Source: Candidatus Nanohaloarchaea archaeon (lineage in GTDB: Archaea; Nanohalarchaeota; Nanosalinia; Nanosalinales; Nanosalinaceae). From it: a DNA stretch of 64,000 nucleotides. Under the pieces are notes generated by a model. The model had not been told where the DNA came from and made no database searches. It worked only from the letters and a program-made list of their open reading frames with translations. The translations under genes were made by a program, and so were the position numbers. Of the stretch, positions 27,702 to 36,460 are shown piece by piece (position 1 is the first letter of the stretch; each line of letters begins with the position of its first letter). The stretch lies in NCBI GenBank assembly GCA_041640035.1, contig JBEQBC010000002.1, forward strand, positions 105,580 through 169,579, given 5' to 3'.

Positions 27702-28562
27702 TTATCGTACTATTGTTATAGGCAGGGTTTGTTGTTTCTGGTATTTATAGGATGCGGCAACGAAAACATTACGCTGAGACTCTGAATCCACATTAAACGC
27801 ACATTCATCACTGAACTCATCATCCTCCGTATTTCTCCTACGGCCATCTGAAGGACATATCAAATCGCCGTCATCATCCTCAAATATTGATCTAGGAGTA
27901 TAACTGAAGTCGTACTTCTCTGATTCAACGGAGCCTGGTCCACTGTTCCTTATATCGAGCTCAAATTGGTTGAAACTGCTGTCCAGAGCCGCCGGGTTGT
28001 CTGCTGTGATAGTCAATGTAACTTCATTATTTGAGAATTTTCTTGTGACCTGATCTGAAGACTCTATATCGTCTCTATCCATGAAACTAAATGTAAGCGG
28101 TTCTCTATTGGTTACCTGTGAATCATAGGAAACAATTACTGAAACATATTCCTGTTTCTGATCAAACTGTCCTAACCGTGATCTGTTAGGGGCGTATACT
28201 TCCCAGGTACATCTCATTTGATCCACTGTTTCCTCTCTCACTGCATTCAAATTCTCTTTGTTACATGCTTCATCAGTAGTGGTATCGCTTACATTTTCTA
28301 GATATCCTGTATTAGCTAACTCGATTTGTGGGTCGACATCGATTTCGTGGTGGTTGGATAGAACAAGCTGTATCTCTGTTCGCTGACCTAGATTTCCGTC
28401 ACCTGCACGGAGCTGGTTATCCGCTACAGAAACCTCTGTTAGTTCTAGGCCTTTTCCTGGATCTGGTTCTATTCCTTCTGGCGAATCATTGGTTTCAATT
28501 AGGCTTGTGCATCCTGAGACTATGACTGCTGCCGCTATTAAGGCTAGAATTCGTTTATCCAC
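27702..28562 (-). CDS. Lipobox protein, paralogue 2 of 3 (unknown function)
   Basis: GTG start. MDKRILALIAAAVIVSGCTSL (lipobox IVSGC). C-terminal VFVAASYKYQKQQTLPITIVR. Overlaps the upstream gene by 8 nt. Confidence 0.6.
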   Translation of the reverse strand: MDKRILALIAAAVIVSGCTSLIETNDSPEGIEPDPGKGLELTEVSVADNQLRAGDGNLGQRTEIQLVLSNHHEIDVDPQIELANTGYLENVSDTTTDEACNKENLNAVREETVDQMRCTWEVYAPNRSRLGQFDQKQEYVSVIVSYDSQVTNREPLTFSFMDRDDIESSDQVTRKFSNNEVTLTITADNPAALDSSFNQFELDIRNSGPGSVESEKYDFSYTPRSIFEDDDGDLICPSDGRRRNTEDDEFSDECAFNVDSESQRNVFVAASYKYQKQQTLPITIVR

Positions 28563-29448
28563 GGTACTGCACCGTTATGTGGTCTTTTGAAACGGTTTTT
28601 GTGAAGTTGTAGTCTGCTGAAACTCGGATTTCTTCTCTGATACTTGAATCAACTTCTTTGTTGACATCTACATTACATGTGATACTGGTAGAGGATGAGC
28701 CTCTGACCTGTATATTGCTTGGTGTGTTGCAGTTGTTTACTTCTACATCATTGCCGGGTACTTGAATAGTCGGTGATTCGATGTTCAGAAGACCTACTCC
28801 ATCTCCTTCCTCGGTATCCTGGTTGGCAAATTCTACCCTAACTTGGATGTCGTCTCCCTCCATGAAGACCGGAGAACCACCTTCAGAGCTACTTCCGATT
28901 AGTTCTATGGTTACATCCATCGGTCCGTTGGAGGAAGCTGCTCCAAGACCTTCAAGGCTTTCAACATCACTGTTATCCTTCACCTGGAACTGGTGGTATG
29001 CTTGTACGGTGTACTGGAAAGGTATTCTGAAGGACATATCGATTGTCTGGTCGGCGTAGAATCTGATTCGGCTCTCGTCGAACTGGTGTAAATCCCAGTT
29101 CATGGATAAAGTGCCGTCCGGTCTCAAAGTGTATCTTTCTTTGGTTTCAGTTGTATTAGTACTTTCCGCTCCAAAGTCCGATATCAACAGTAAGTCTGGC
29201 GTGTAGCTGGTTAGAACATTTTTACCTTGATCTCCAACCGTGATATTAGCTTCCGTATTACCTACATTCCTTACATTCAGTGTTGCAGTTACATTTGACC
29301 CCGAGTATATGGTCTGTGGAACTAGTTCGAATCTTTCTACTGCGATCGCGTCTCCTTCATGTGATTCTTCTCCTGATCCGCCATTTGTACATCCGGATAT
29401 AATTACTGTAGCTGCTAGAACCAGCATAATTACTTTACTGTTGTGCAT
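28555..29448 (-). CDS. Lipobox protein, paralogue 1 of 3 (unknown function)
   Basis: MHNSKVIMLVLAATVIISGCTNGGSGEE (lipobox IISGC). CARDB-like first domain (YSGSNVTATLNVRNVGNTEANITV). C-terminal IRVSADYNFTKTVSKDHITVQYRG. Confidence 0.65.
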   Translation of the reverse strand: MHNSKVIMLVLAATVIISGCTNGGSGEESHEGDAIAVERFELVPQTIYSGSNVTATLNVRNVGNTEANITVGDQGKNVLTSYTPDLLLISDFGAESTNTTETKERYTLRPDGTLSMNWDLHQFDESRIRFYADQTIDMSFRIPFQYTVQAYHQFQVKDNSDVESLEGLGAASSNGPMDVTIELIGSSSEGGSPVFMEGDDIQVRVEFANQDTEEGDGVGLLNIESPTIQVPGNDVEVNNCNTPSNIQVRGSSSTSITCNVDVNKEVDSSIREEIRVSADYNFTKTVSKDHITVQYRG

Positions 29449-29461
29449 ATATTGTACAGTT

Positions 29462-30262
29462 ATGTTGGCTGGGATTAAAAGGTTTTTATACGAATACTAC
29501 TGGCTGCCGATAATAGATGAGTCAGTCTACTATAATCCTGTCAACACCATCACATATGCTCTGCTTTTCGCAGTACTTACAATTTACTTCATACCATGGT
29601 TCTTCGAAAAACTAGATTTAGATTTTGACAGAGATCTAGTTACAGCACTCACTCCTTACATCTTCTTAGGAGGGGTGACCCGCAGCCTGAAAGACGGAGG
29701 CTATGTGGACACAATACTGCTGGAAACACCTATCATCTACATCTTGTTAATCGGCTTCGCACTGTCAATGTTGACAGTAGGGAAAAAGATAGAGAAAAAC
29801 TTTGAGGATCTGCGGTACAGCTATATTACAGGAGGAGCAGCGGCACTGGTCATCATCCTGGAACTATTCGTGATGGACTACAGCACCCTTTCGGGACTTT
29901 CATGGTTCATCATCATCTCTGCTCTAAGCCTAGGAATAGTTTACGGAATTTTGAAAGCGATTAAAACAGAGATGAATCGAACTATTGATTTAATTCCAAT
30001 ATACGCACATTTCTGGGATGCATCAAGCACCTTCGTAGTACTGAACTACGGCGGAACCGAAAAACATGTGCTAGCCGACTACTTCATCCAGTTGATGGGT
30101 CCAAAAGGAATGTTCATCATGAAAGGAATAGTCATCTTCCCAGCAGTACTCTACATAAACAAAGAATTCGAAGGAGAAGAAAGAAACTACTACCTATTCC
30201 TCATAGCCCTACTCGGATTCGCGCTCGGAACAAGAAATATTCTATCATTGATAACAGCTTAG
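29462..30262 (+). CDS. Polytopic membrane protein, DUF63-like
   Basis: Start moved to the ATG at 29462 (MLAGIKRFLYEYYWLPIIDESVYYNPVNTITYALLF...). The upstream part of the track ORF is antisense to the lipoprotein gene. About 7 TM helices. Assigning it to archaeal DUF63 rests on my memory of that family. Confidence 0.5.
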   Translation: MLAGIKRFLYEYYWLPIIDESVYYNPVNTITYALLFAVLTIYFIPWFFEKLDLDFDRDLVTALTPYIFLGGVTRSLKDGGYVDTILLETPIIYILLIGFALSMLTVGKKIEKNFEDLRYSYITGGAAALVIILELFVMDYSTLSGLSWFIIISALSLGIVYGILKAIKTEMNRTIDLIPIYAHFWDASSTFVVLNYGGTEKHVLADYFIQLMGPKGMFIMKGIVIFPAVLYINKEFEGEERNYYLFLIALLGFALGTRNILSLITA

Positions 30263-33150
30263 CCTTCAAAGCAAGAGTAGGTTCCAGACTCAAGCATCGT
30301 CAATACACCACTGCACCCATTCTTAGCTTCGTTGTAGGCATCTCTCCTGTCCTTACCGTCCAAAAGGTTATCAAATGCCTGATCTAACCAACCTTGACTT
30401 GGAGAACATGATGTTCTTACATCGGCAGGTTTAAGGAAGAATACCTGTTCTGCATAACTTTCCTCCCATTCTAATGCAAACTCTTCTACTGCTCTCTTCT
30501 TATTGTTATTCTGTAAATCAGCGCAGACAGTTCTCCAAGTTATTTCTCTTGATTCAACATCTCTTCCTCCTACATCTGTAAGATATATTGCGGCGGGCGG
30601 TGCGTCAACGTCTAGTTCATCTTCACCGAGATTTACATATTCCCATTCTCCCGTTTGCATACCTATTACCGGCTTACCTCCGGTTTTGCTGAAGTAGGCT
30701 ATTTTTCTATCGCTTTCAGTGACTTCTTCTTCTATAATGTAGTTCCAATCTATAGCCATGTCTCCCTCATTGATATTTTCATAGTTTATGGTCTCTCCTT
30801 CGTATAGGCCATTTACCCATGCGTCTTCGTTTAGACTTCTCTCGTCTTCAATACTTGCGCCGACCTCCATACCAAGGCTTCTAACATCACATCCTCCTAC
30901 TGCTGTAGATCTCCGGGCTGAGTCACATGTCGTCAAGAAGTTGTCTTTGACCCATTCTGGCTGTCCATTGAGCTCTTGTTTCGGTATGAGGAATGGACAA
31001 TCTCTTCCAGAACATAGGGTATTCCAGACCTGGAAATCATCTGTTATTCCATCCTTGATCACCGTGTAATTAGCTGAAACATCCATGATGAGGGTCTCAC
31101 CAGAAGAGCTAATCTCATCCGGATTAGCTAGTTTCATTGTGCACTCCATAACACTCGGAGATCGTGCAGTTGTATACCATCTATCGGCTTCTATTGTTTC
31201 TCTTCTTATCTGTTCTCTACCAGGTTCAGACAATTCATAAGTCTGAACATTAGCCATACCAGTATCTTGAAGTGTGAAGTCACCACATGACCCCTCAACG
31301 ATTTCCGTTGACCTAGATGGCGTAAAAGTAACGCTTTCCGGATCAATCCTGTAAATTACATCTGAATCATCAGTCTGGAAACCAATCTGTACCTCAAACG
31401 GCCTAGATCTTCTTTCCCCATCATCCATTTCATCATATATTACCGGAGCGTATACATTGATATAGCTCTTCACGGGAGTATCAGCAGTCTCAGACTTTTT
31501 GTAGCCTCTCTCCAATTCTCTGTCTGCGTAATTTTCATAGGACATAGCTCTGATTCTCAGGTTAGACTGCGAGAAGTAATCATACATATAGCTAAGTTCT
31601 GCTGTCCTCGTTAGCTTGGCCTGACCTGGCTGAAGCAGTCTACAATCAAACAGGTTGATTTCCTCTTTCAGAGTTTCTTCCTGTTCAGTACCTACACCAA
31701 CTACATAGCTGTCACCAGGCGGAATAGTGGTACGATCTGTGCCATCTACATCTTGGTAGAAGCTTATTGGTAGGAAATCGGTCCCGCAAACACTATTTCC
31801 ACTTATATCTCTTATATCAACTCTATACTGGACATCTCTGGCAGCAATACCTTTGAGACCATTCATAGGGTTCTCTAATGCAAAGGAGACGCTGAGAGGT
31901 CTCCAAGGTCTCTGATAAGCTACATCTATTGTTTGACCTTGCTCAATTTCAAAACCTGATGATGTCAAATCATACTCTTCTCCCTGCTCTTCTGAACCTG
32001 GACGTTGAGTATTGTTCATCTGCCATTCCGTGAAGCATTCCGGTCCCTGTGCAAAGCACTGAAGTTTGGCCACCTGACTCTGAACTGCCAGCGTTACAGG
32101 CTCCAAGTCTATATTTGGAATGTATGGTGCGATTGCCTGTCCTCCGTAGTTTGCATATTCTGCTGAGAATCCTAATGCACCCATTATCGGTCCTCCTATG
32201 AGAGGCATGTATATCTTGAGCATGAATCCGAACAGTGCGAATATGATTCCGATCTGGAATACAAACAGTACGATTGCAAATAGCATTAGTGGCCAGAGTG
32301 CTACTCCTTCACCTGCCTCGACGGCTTCGTAACCCATTTCAGCTCCTTCACTCGCGACTCCGGCTTTAGTTGCTTTCTTTGCGCCGGCTTCAGCAGCTTC
32401 GGAGGCCATCGGGTTGAGTTCTGCTAGTTTTCCTCCTATACTTGAGACATTGCCTGGTACGCATCCTTTGAACCATTCGACTATGCCGCTTCCTTCTGCT
32501 TCTGCGGCCTTTGAGGCTCCTTTCTCTACTGCTGATTTGGCCTCGTGAAGTTCTCCTCTTGATTCCATAGCGTCCCTGTATTCGTCTGCTGCTGAAGAGG
32601 CTCCTGGGTTTGTATACATTGAGTCTAGCTTGGACCCAGAGTCATCGCTTCCGCCGATACCTCCTTTGAGAACGCTTACTATGGTTGCAAGTATGATTAT
32701 CGGGAGGAAGGCTCCTACCAGAAGTAGTAGTACTGTTATTAGTGCGCCCTGTATGCTTGAGAATGAGAGGACTGATGCTGCTGAGGTTAGTGTTCCTAGA
32801 GATGGCTGGAAGATTGCGAATGCGAAGACTAGGAAGATTGCCGCGCCGAACACAGATTTCTTGGTGTTGTGTTCTACATACTCTACTCCCTTTGTCAGGT
32901 TCTCAAGTTTATCTTCAATCCATTTGAGGACGCCATAGCTTTCCTTGAACGGTAAAGCGATCAATCTTATTATGAAGAACAGTATTATCTGCGGTATTCC
33001 TAGGAACAGGAGGTAGGTCAGATATATGTCGGCTTTGACCTTTATCTTGATGTATTTCCATCCGAAATAGAGGATTGAGAACAGCGGTATACCTGGCGGT
33101 GGCAGGAACAAGTCTCCTATAATCAGTATCGCCATCGTCAGTAGTCCCAT
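30259..33150 (-). CDS. 963-aa polytopic membrane protein with an A/E/G/K-rich loop and a large Cys-rich C-terminal (probably extracellular) domain, unknown function
   Basis: N-terminal ~330 aa contain multiple TM helices flanking the low-complexity stretch SSAADEYRDAMESRGELHEAKSAVEKGASKAAEAEGSG...AAEAGAKKATKAG. The C-terminal ~600 aa have about 20 Cys and a segment (…DCRLLQPGQAKLTRTAELSYMYDYFSQSNLRIRA) resembling the lipoprotein C-terminal signature. Confidence 0.7.
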   Translation of the reverse strand: MGLLTMAILIIGDLFLPPPGIPLFSILYFGWKYIKIKVKADIYLTYLLFLGIPQIILFFIIRLIALPFKESYGVLKWIEDKLENLTKGVEYVEHNTKKSVFGAAIFLVFAFAIFQPSLGTLTSAASVLSFSSIQGALITVLLLLVGAFLPIIILATIVSVLKGGIGGSDDSGSKLDSMYTNPGASSAADEYRDAMESRGELHEAKSAVEKGASKAAEAEGSGIVEWFKGCVPGNVSSIGGKLAELNPMASEAAEAGAKKATKAGVASEGAEMGYEAVEAGEGVALWPLMLFAIVLFVFQIGIIFALFGFMLKIYMPLIGGPIMGALGFSAEYANYGGQAIAPYIPNIDLEPVTLAVQSQVAKLQCFAQGPECFTEWQMNNTQRPGSEEQGEEYDLTSSGFEIEQGQTIDVAYQRPWRPLSVSFALENPMNGLKGIAARDVQYRVDIRDISGNSVCGTDFLPISFYQDVDGTDRTTIPPGDSYVVGVGTEQEETLKEEINLFDCRLLQPGQAKLTRTAELSYMYDYFSQSNLRIRAMSYENYADRELERGYKKSETADTPVKSYINVYAPVIYDEMDDGERRSRPFEVQIGFQTDDSDVIYRIDPESVTFTPSRSTEIVEGSCGDFTLQDTGMANVQTYELSEPGREQIRRETIEADRWYTTARSPSVMECTMKLANPDEISSSGETLIMDVSANYTVIKDGITDDFQVWNTLCSGRDCPFLIPKQELNGQPEWVKDNFLTTCDSARRSTAVGGCDVRSLGMEVGASIEDERSLNEDAWVNGLYEGETINYENINEGDMAIDWNYIIEEEVTESDRKIAYFSKTGGKPVIGMQTGEWEYVNLGEDELDVDAPPAAIYLTDVGGRDVESREITWRTVCADLQNNNKKRAVEEFALEWEESYAEQVFFLKPADVRTSCSPSQGWLDQAFDNLLDGKDRRDAYNEAKNGCSGVLTMLESGTYSCFEG

Positions 33151-33153
33151 CTA

Positions 33154-34284
33154 TTATTCCTCCGTCTTCACCGATCTGATCTCAAAGTCGTTAAGTTCGT
33201 ACACATTTCTGCTTATTATTTCTAGCTGGTTTTGAGAACTTAAATCTTCTGAATCGATGTTAATCGTGTTTTGACCTGTTTCCGGATCAAGTTCAAATGT
33301 GTTCCCGTTCAGGGTTACATTCATCGGTTCTGTTGTCAGAAGATTCTGATAATCAAATGTGATAGTCTCGTTAGTATTTCCTCTCTGAGCATAGTTTAGC
33401 TCTGTCTGGTTGAGTGCGAAGCTGTCTTCAACTTCTTCTAGCTGGACTGCTCCACGGTACCGAACTGATAGTACTGCGTTCTCTAACACATATTCCGAGT
33501 CGGATTCCGTTTCAAATCTAATAGTGTTGTATCCTGGCTCGAGATCGCTGTTTGCAGGAGTCAGTTCTACTGTCTGTGTCCCCCTGACTGTTCGCTGGCT
33601 GAATACCTGATTATCATTTACATAGACTTCAAGAGGGCTATTCTTGGTTGTTTCTCCAGGCGGCAGATTCATCTCTAGGGTTGCTGTATCGAAGTCCTGT
33701 ATCTCGTATTCGAACATACGGAAGCTTGTCTCATAATCGTGGTACTTACGGTCATTAACTCTTACCTCAAAGTCCTCTAAAGCATATTCAACATTTCCTA
33801 GGATGCCATCACGGTTTGCTGAAATCTTGATATTGTTCATGCCGTTCTTTAGTGTTTCTTCAGGTATCTCGACTGTTCTTTCGGCGGTTGCGACCATGTA
33901 TTCGTTGAAAACGGTTTCTCCGTTGACTGAGACTTTGACTTTTCCATTTCCTTGCTTTCCAAGTACTTCGAAGGTTACATTTCCTTCTCTTGGCTGTGTT
34001 CCGTTGTACTGTACTGTTGTTGAGCCACCGCCAAGAAGCTTGTCAGAAATAGTGATTTCTTCTCTGTTGTAGACCGGTATGTTTCCACGGGTTTCTCCCA
34101 CAGTGATCCTTCCGAAGTCTACATTCCTGTAGTCTTCATTGGAGGATCCTACCTGTCCGAAATCGTTTTCATACAGTGTCATGGCTTCTGCTGGCTGTCC
34201 TCCACCGAACTCGCCGCTTGCTATGAAGAACAATCCGAATATTGCGAGTCCGACTCCTAGTATCGCTGCGAACTGTTGAGCCAT
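33154..34284 (-). CDS. N-terminally anchored protein with three ~100-aa beta-type repeats, unknown function
   Basis: MAQQFAAILGVGLAIFGLFFIASG anchor. Each repeat ends similarly: NIKISANRDGILGNVEYALEDFEVRV, NTIRFETESDSEYVLENAVLSVRY, NQLEIISRNVYELNDFEIRSV. The stop lies 3 nt before the 963-aa gene's start. Confidence 0.65.
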   Translation of the reverse strand: MAQQFAAILGVGLAIFGLFFIASGEFGGGQPAEAMTLYENDFGQVGSSNEDYRNVDFGRITVGETRGNIPVYNREEITISDKLLGGGSTTVQYNGTQPREGNVTFEVLGKQGNGKVKVSVNGETVFNEYMVATAERTVEIPEETLKNGMNNIKISANRDGILGNVEYALEDFEVRVNDRKYHDYETSFRMFEYEIQDFDTATLEMNLPPGETTKNSPLEVYVNDNQVFSQRTVRGTQTVELTPANSDLEPGYNTIRFETESDSEYVLENAVLSVRYRGAVQLEEVEDSFALNQTELNYAQRGNTNETITFDYQNLLTTEPMNVTLNGNTFELDPETGQNTINIDSEDLSSQNQLEIISRNVYELNDFEIRSVKTEE

Positions 34285-34339
34285 ATAACAGGTTTTTGCT
34301 TATGGAGGTTTTTATTTGTAGGCCGGGCAACCTGTAATT

Positions 34340-35317
34340 ATGAAACTGTTAAACCAGAACCGTCAGGAAGGATACGCGAAGATTGAGGTCGAGAACGAGG
34401 ACGATCTCTGGCGTATCAAAGACTTCTTCAGAGAAGGCGATAAAATCAGAAAGTTCACACAGAGAACCAAGCTGGAGGGAAGAGAGAAGAAGAGCATGAA
34501 GATTACGATCCAGCTTGAGAAGAAGAGTTTCGAGAACGGACGACTCAGGCTTACCGGAGAGATAACAGAAGCTGGAGACGATGTAGAGCTTGGATACCAC
34601 AGCTTCAATGTAGAGAACGGATCCGAACTCGAGCTCTGGCGTGACTTCTCAGAAGGTGACTGGGATAAACTGGAGGAATGGAGCGAGAAAGATCCTTACA
34701 GCGTCCTATTTTGTCTAGTTGAGAAGGGAGAAGCCGATTTCTACATAGTCAGAGAATCCGGAATACAGAGCCTTTCTGGAGTAGAGGAAAACCTTCCTGG
34801 AAAGATGTACGGCTCTGAGAAATCAGAAGACGAGTTCTTGAAGCAGGTCGCTGCAACGATAAGAAGAGTTGAAGGCGATGTCGACTTCGTGGTTCTGGCC
34901 GGGCCAGGATTCACGAAGAACAGCCTGAAAAACCACTTGGAAGTCGAGAACCTTTTTATGCAGGATACATCAGTTACAGGAGAAACCGGTTTACATGAAG
35001 CTATCAAGCGTGGTGCACTGGATAAAGTAGTCCGATCCTCCAGAGTAGCTGATGAAACCCAGATAATGGAGGAATTCATGGAAAAACTGAGAAAAGACGA
35101 GCCGGTAAGCTACGGAGAGGAAGTAGAGGAACTAGCGGAAATGGGTGCTGTTGAAAAACTGTTAATTACTCCGAAAAAGGCGCGTCAAAGGAAAGATATT
35201 GTTGAAACGGTGGAGCAGCAGGGCGGCGAGGTCCAGGTCGTACATACAGACCATGAAGCCGGTGAAAGACTGGAAGGATTCACTGGACTGGCAGCTATTC
35301 TGCGTTACCGGGTTTAG
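34340..35317 (+). CDS. pelA: Pelota (Dom34) mRNA surveillance / ribosome rescue factor
   Basis: MKLLNQNRQEGYAKIEVENEDDLWRIKDFFREGDKIRKFTQRT... together with the eRF1-like middle and C-terminal domains. 325 aa. Confidence 0.85.
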   Translation: MKLLNQNRQEGYAKIEVENEDDLWRIKDFFREGDKIRKFTQRTKLEGREKKSMKITIQLEKKSFENGRLRLTGEITEAGDDVELGYHSFNVENGSELELWRDFSEGDWDKLEEWSEKDPYSVLFCLVEKGEADFYIVRESGIQSLSGVEENLPGKMYGSEKSEDEFLKQVAATIRRVEGDVDFVVLAGPGFTKNSLKNHLEVENLFMQDTSVTGETGLHEAIKRGALDKVVRSSRVADETQIMEEFMEKLRKDEPVSYGEEVEELAEMGAVEKLLITPKKARQRKDIVETVEQQGGEVQVVHTDHEAGERLEGFTGLAAILRYRV

Positions 35318-36420
35318 GTATCTGGACGGTCCTGAAGAGTCATCTCTACAGTCTGTCTTTCTCCATCCCGGATGATATGTACATCTACAGTATCTCCAAC
35401 TTCAGTATTTCTTAGAAGATAGTCAAGTATATCATTGATGTCTTCAACCTCTCTGTCCTCAATACCTACTATTACATCGCCTCCAAGAACGATATTTCTA
35501 CCCTCCATTTCTCTATTTCCAGGCCTGAGACCTGCTTCAGCTGCAGGGCCGTCCTCGATCACACTTTGAACCAGGAAACCTGAGGAATTTTCTAAATTCA
35601 TTTCACGGGCGATTTCTGCGTCTACATTTACTCCTGTTATCCCTATCCAGGAATGCTCGTAATCATTTTCCTCTATCAGTCTAGGTATTACTTCTCCGAC
35701 AGTTTTGGAGGATACTGCGAACCCGATACCTGAGAATGTGCCGGTGTTGGACTGGATCGCGGTGTTGACTCCGATGACTTCTCCGTCCATGTTGAGAAGT
35801 GGTCCTCCGCTGTTGCCAGGGTTGATTGCGGCATCTGTCTGGAGTACATTTGGTATGGAGAATCCTCCGCCTACACGGATTCTTCTCTCTTTCTGTGATA
35901 TGATGCCAGAAGTCATCGATCCTTCAAGTCCGAAAGGATTTCCGATTGCTGCTACTCGCTGTCCGACCTTGACATCTGTGCTTTCCGCAAGTTCCAAAGG
36001 CTGAAGATCGTTTTTCTGTACCTTGATCACAGCGAGATCTGTGTATTCGTCAGTCCCTGTTATTTCTGCTCTTCTGCTCGTTCCGTCCGTAAATGTAACC
36101 GTTATCGTTTCCGCATCTTCTATTACATGGTAGTTTGTAACTATATGACCTCTTTCAGTATATACAAACCCTGAGCCTTCTGCCTGTGTCTGTCCTCCGG
36201 TGTGTATAGCTACTACTGATTGATCTGTCTGTTCGAATAAAGTGTTGAGACTGTAACTAGTGTTTACGATTCTTGTCTGTGTCTGCTGTTGCGGCTCCTG
36301 ATTCTCAAGTTCGTTAATTCTTTCGTCAAGTGTTTGGTAGGATACAAAGCCACCTAGAAGTGTTCCGAAAAGCAGAATAGATGCTGCGGCGAATATGTTT
36401 ATCCGTGTTTCTGGTTTCAC
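35314..36420 (-). CDS. htrA: HtrA/DegP-family serine protease (trypsin-like domain plus PDZ), membrane-anchored
   Basis: TNYHV (His), DLAVIKV (Asp) and GNSGGPLLNMDGEVIGVNTAI (Ser). C-terminal PDZ-like segment. N-terminal TM helix. GTG start. Confidence 0.85.
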   Translation of the reverse strand: MKPETRINIFAAASILLFGTLLGGFVSYQTLDERINELENQEPQQQTQTRIVNTSYSLNTLFEQTDQSVVAIHTGGQTQAEGSGFVYTERGHIVTNYHVIEDAETITVTFTDGTSRRAEITGTDEYTDLAVIKVQKNDLQPLELAESTDVKVGQRVAAIGNPFGLEGSMTSGIISQKERRIRVGGGFSIPNVLQTDAAINPGNSGGPLLNMDGEVIGVNTAIQSNTGTFSGIGFAVSSKTVGEVIPRLIEENDYEHSWIGITGVNVDAEIAREMNLENSSGFLVQSVIEDGPAAEAGLRPGNREMEGRNIVLGGDVIVGIEDREVEDINDILDYLLRNTEVGDTVDVHIIRDGERQTVEMTLQDRPDT

Positions 36421-36460
36421 AGATTTAACCTGTTATATGAGAATTTTATATCTACGGTTT

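Noticed and set aside
29240-29461. N-terminal 74 codons of the track ORF 29240..30262
   Set aside because: This part is antisense to the 5' part of the lipobox gene 28555..29448. The membrane-protein sequence begins at the ATG at 29462.
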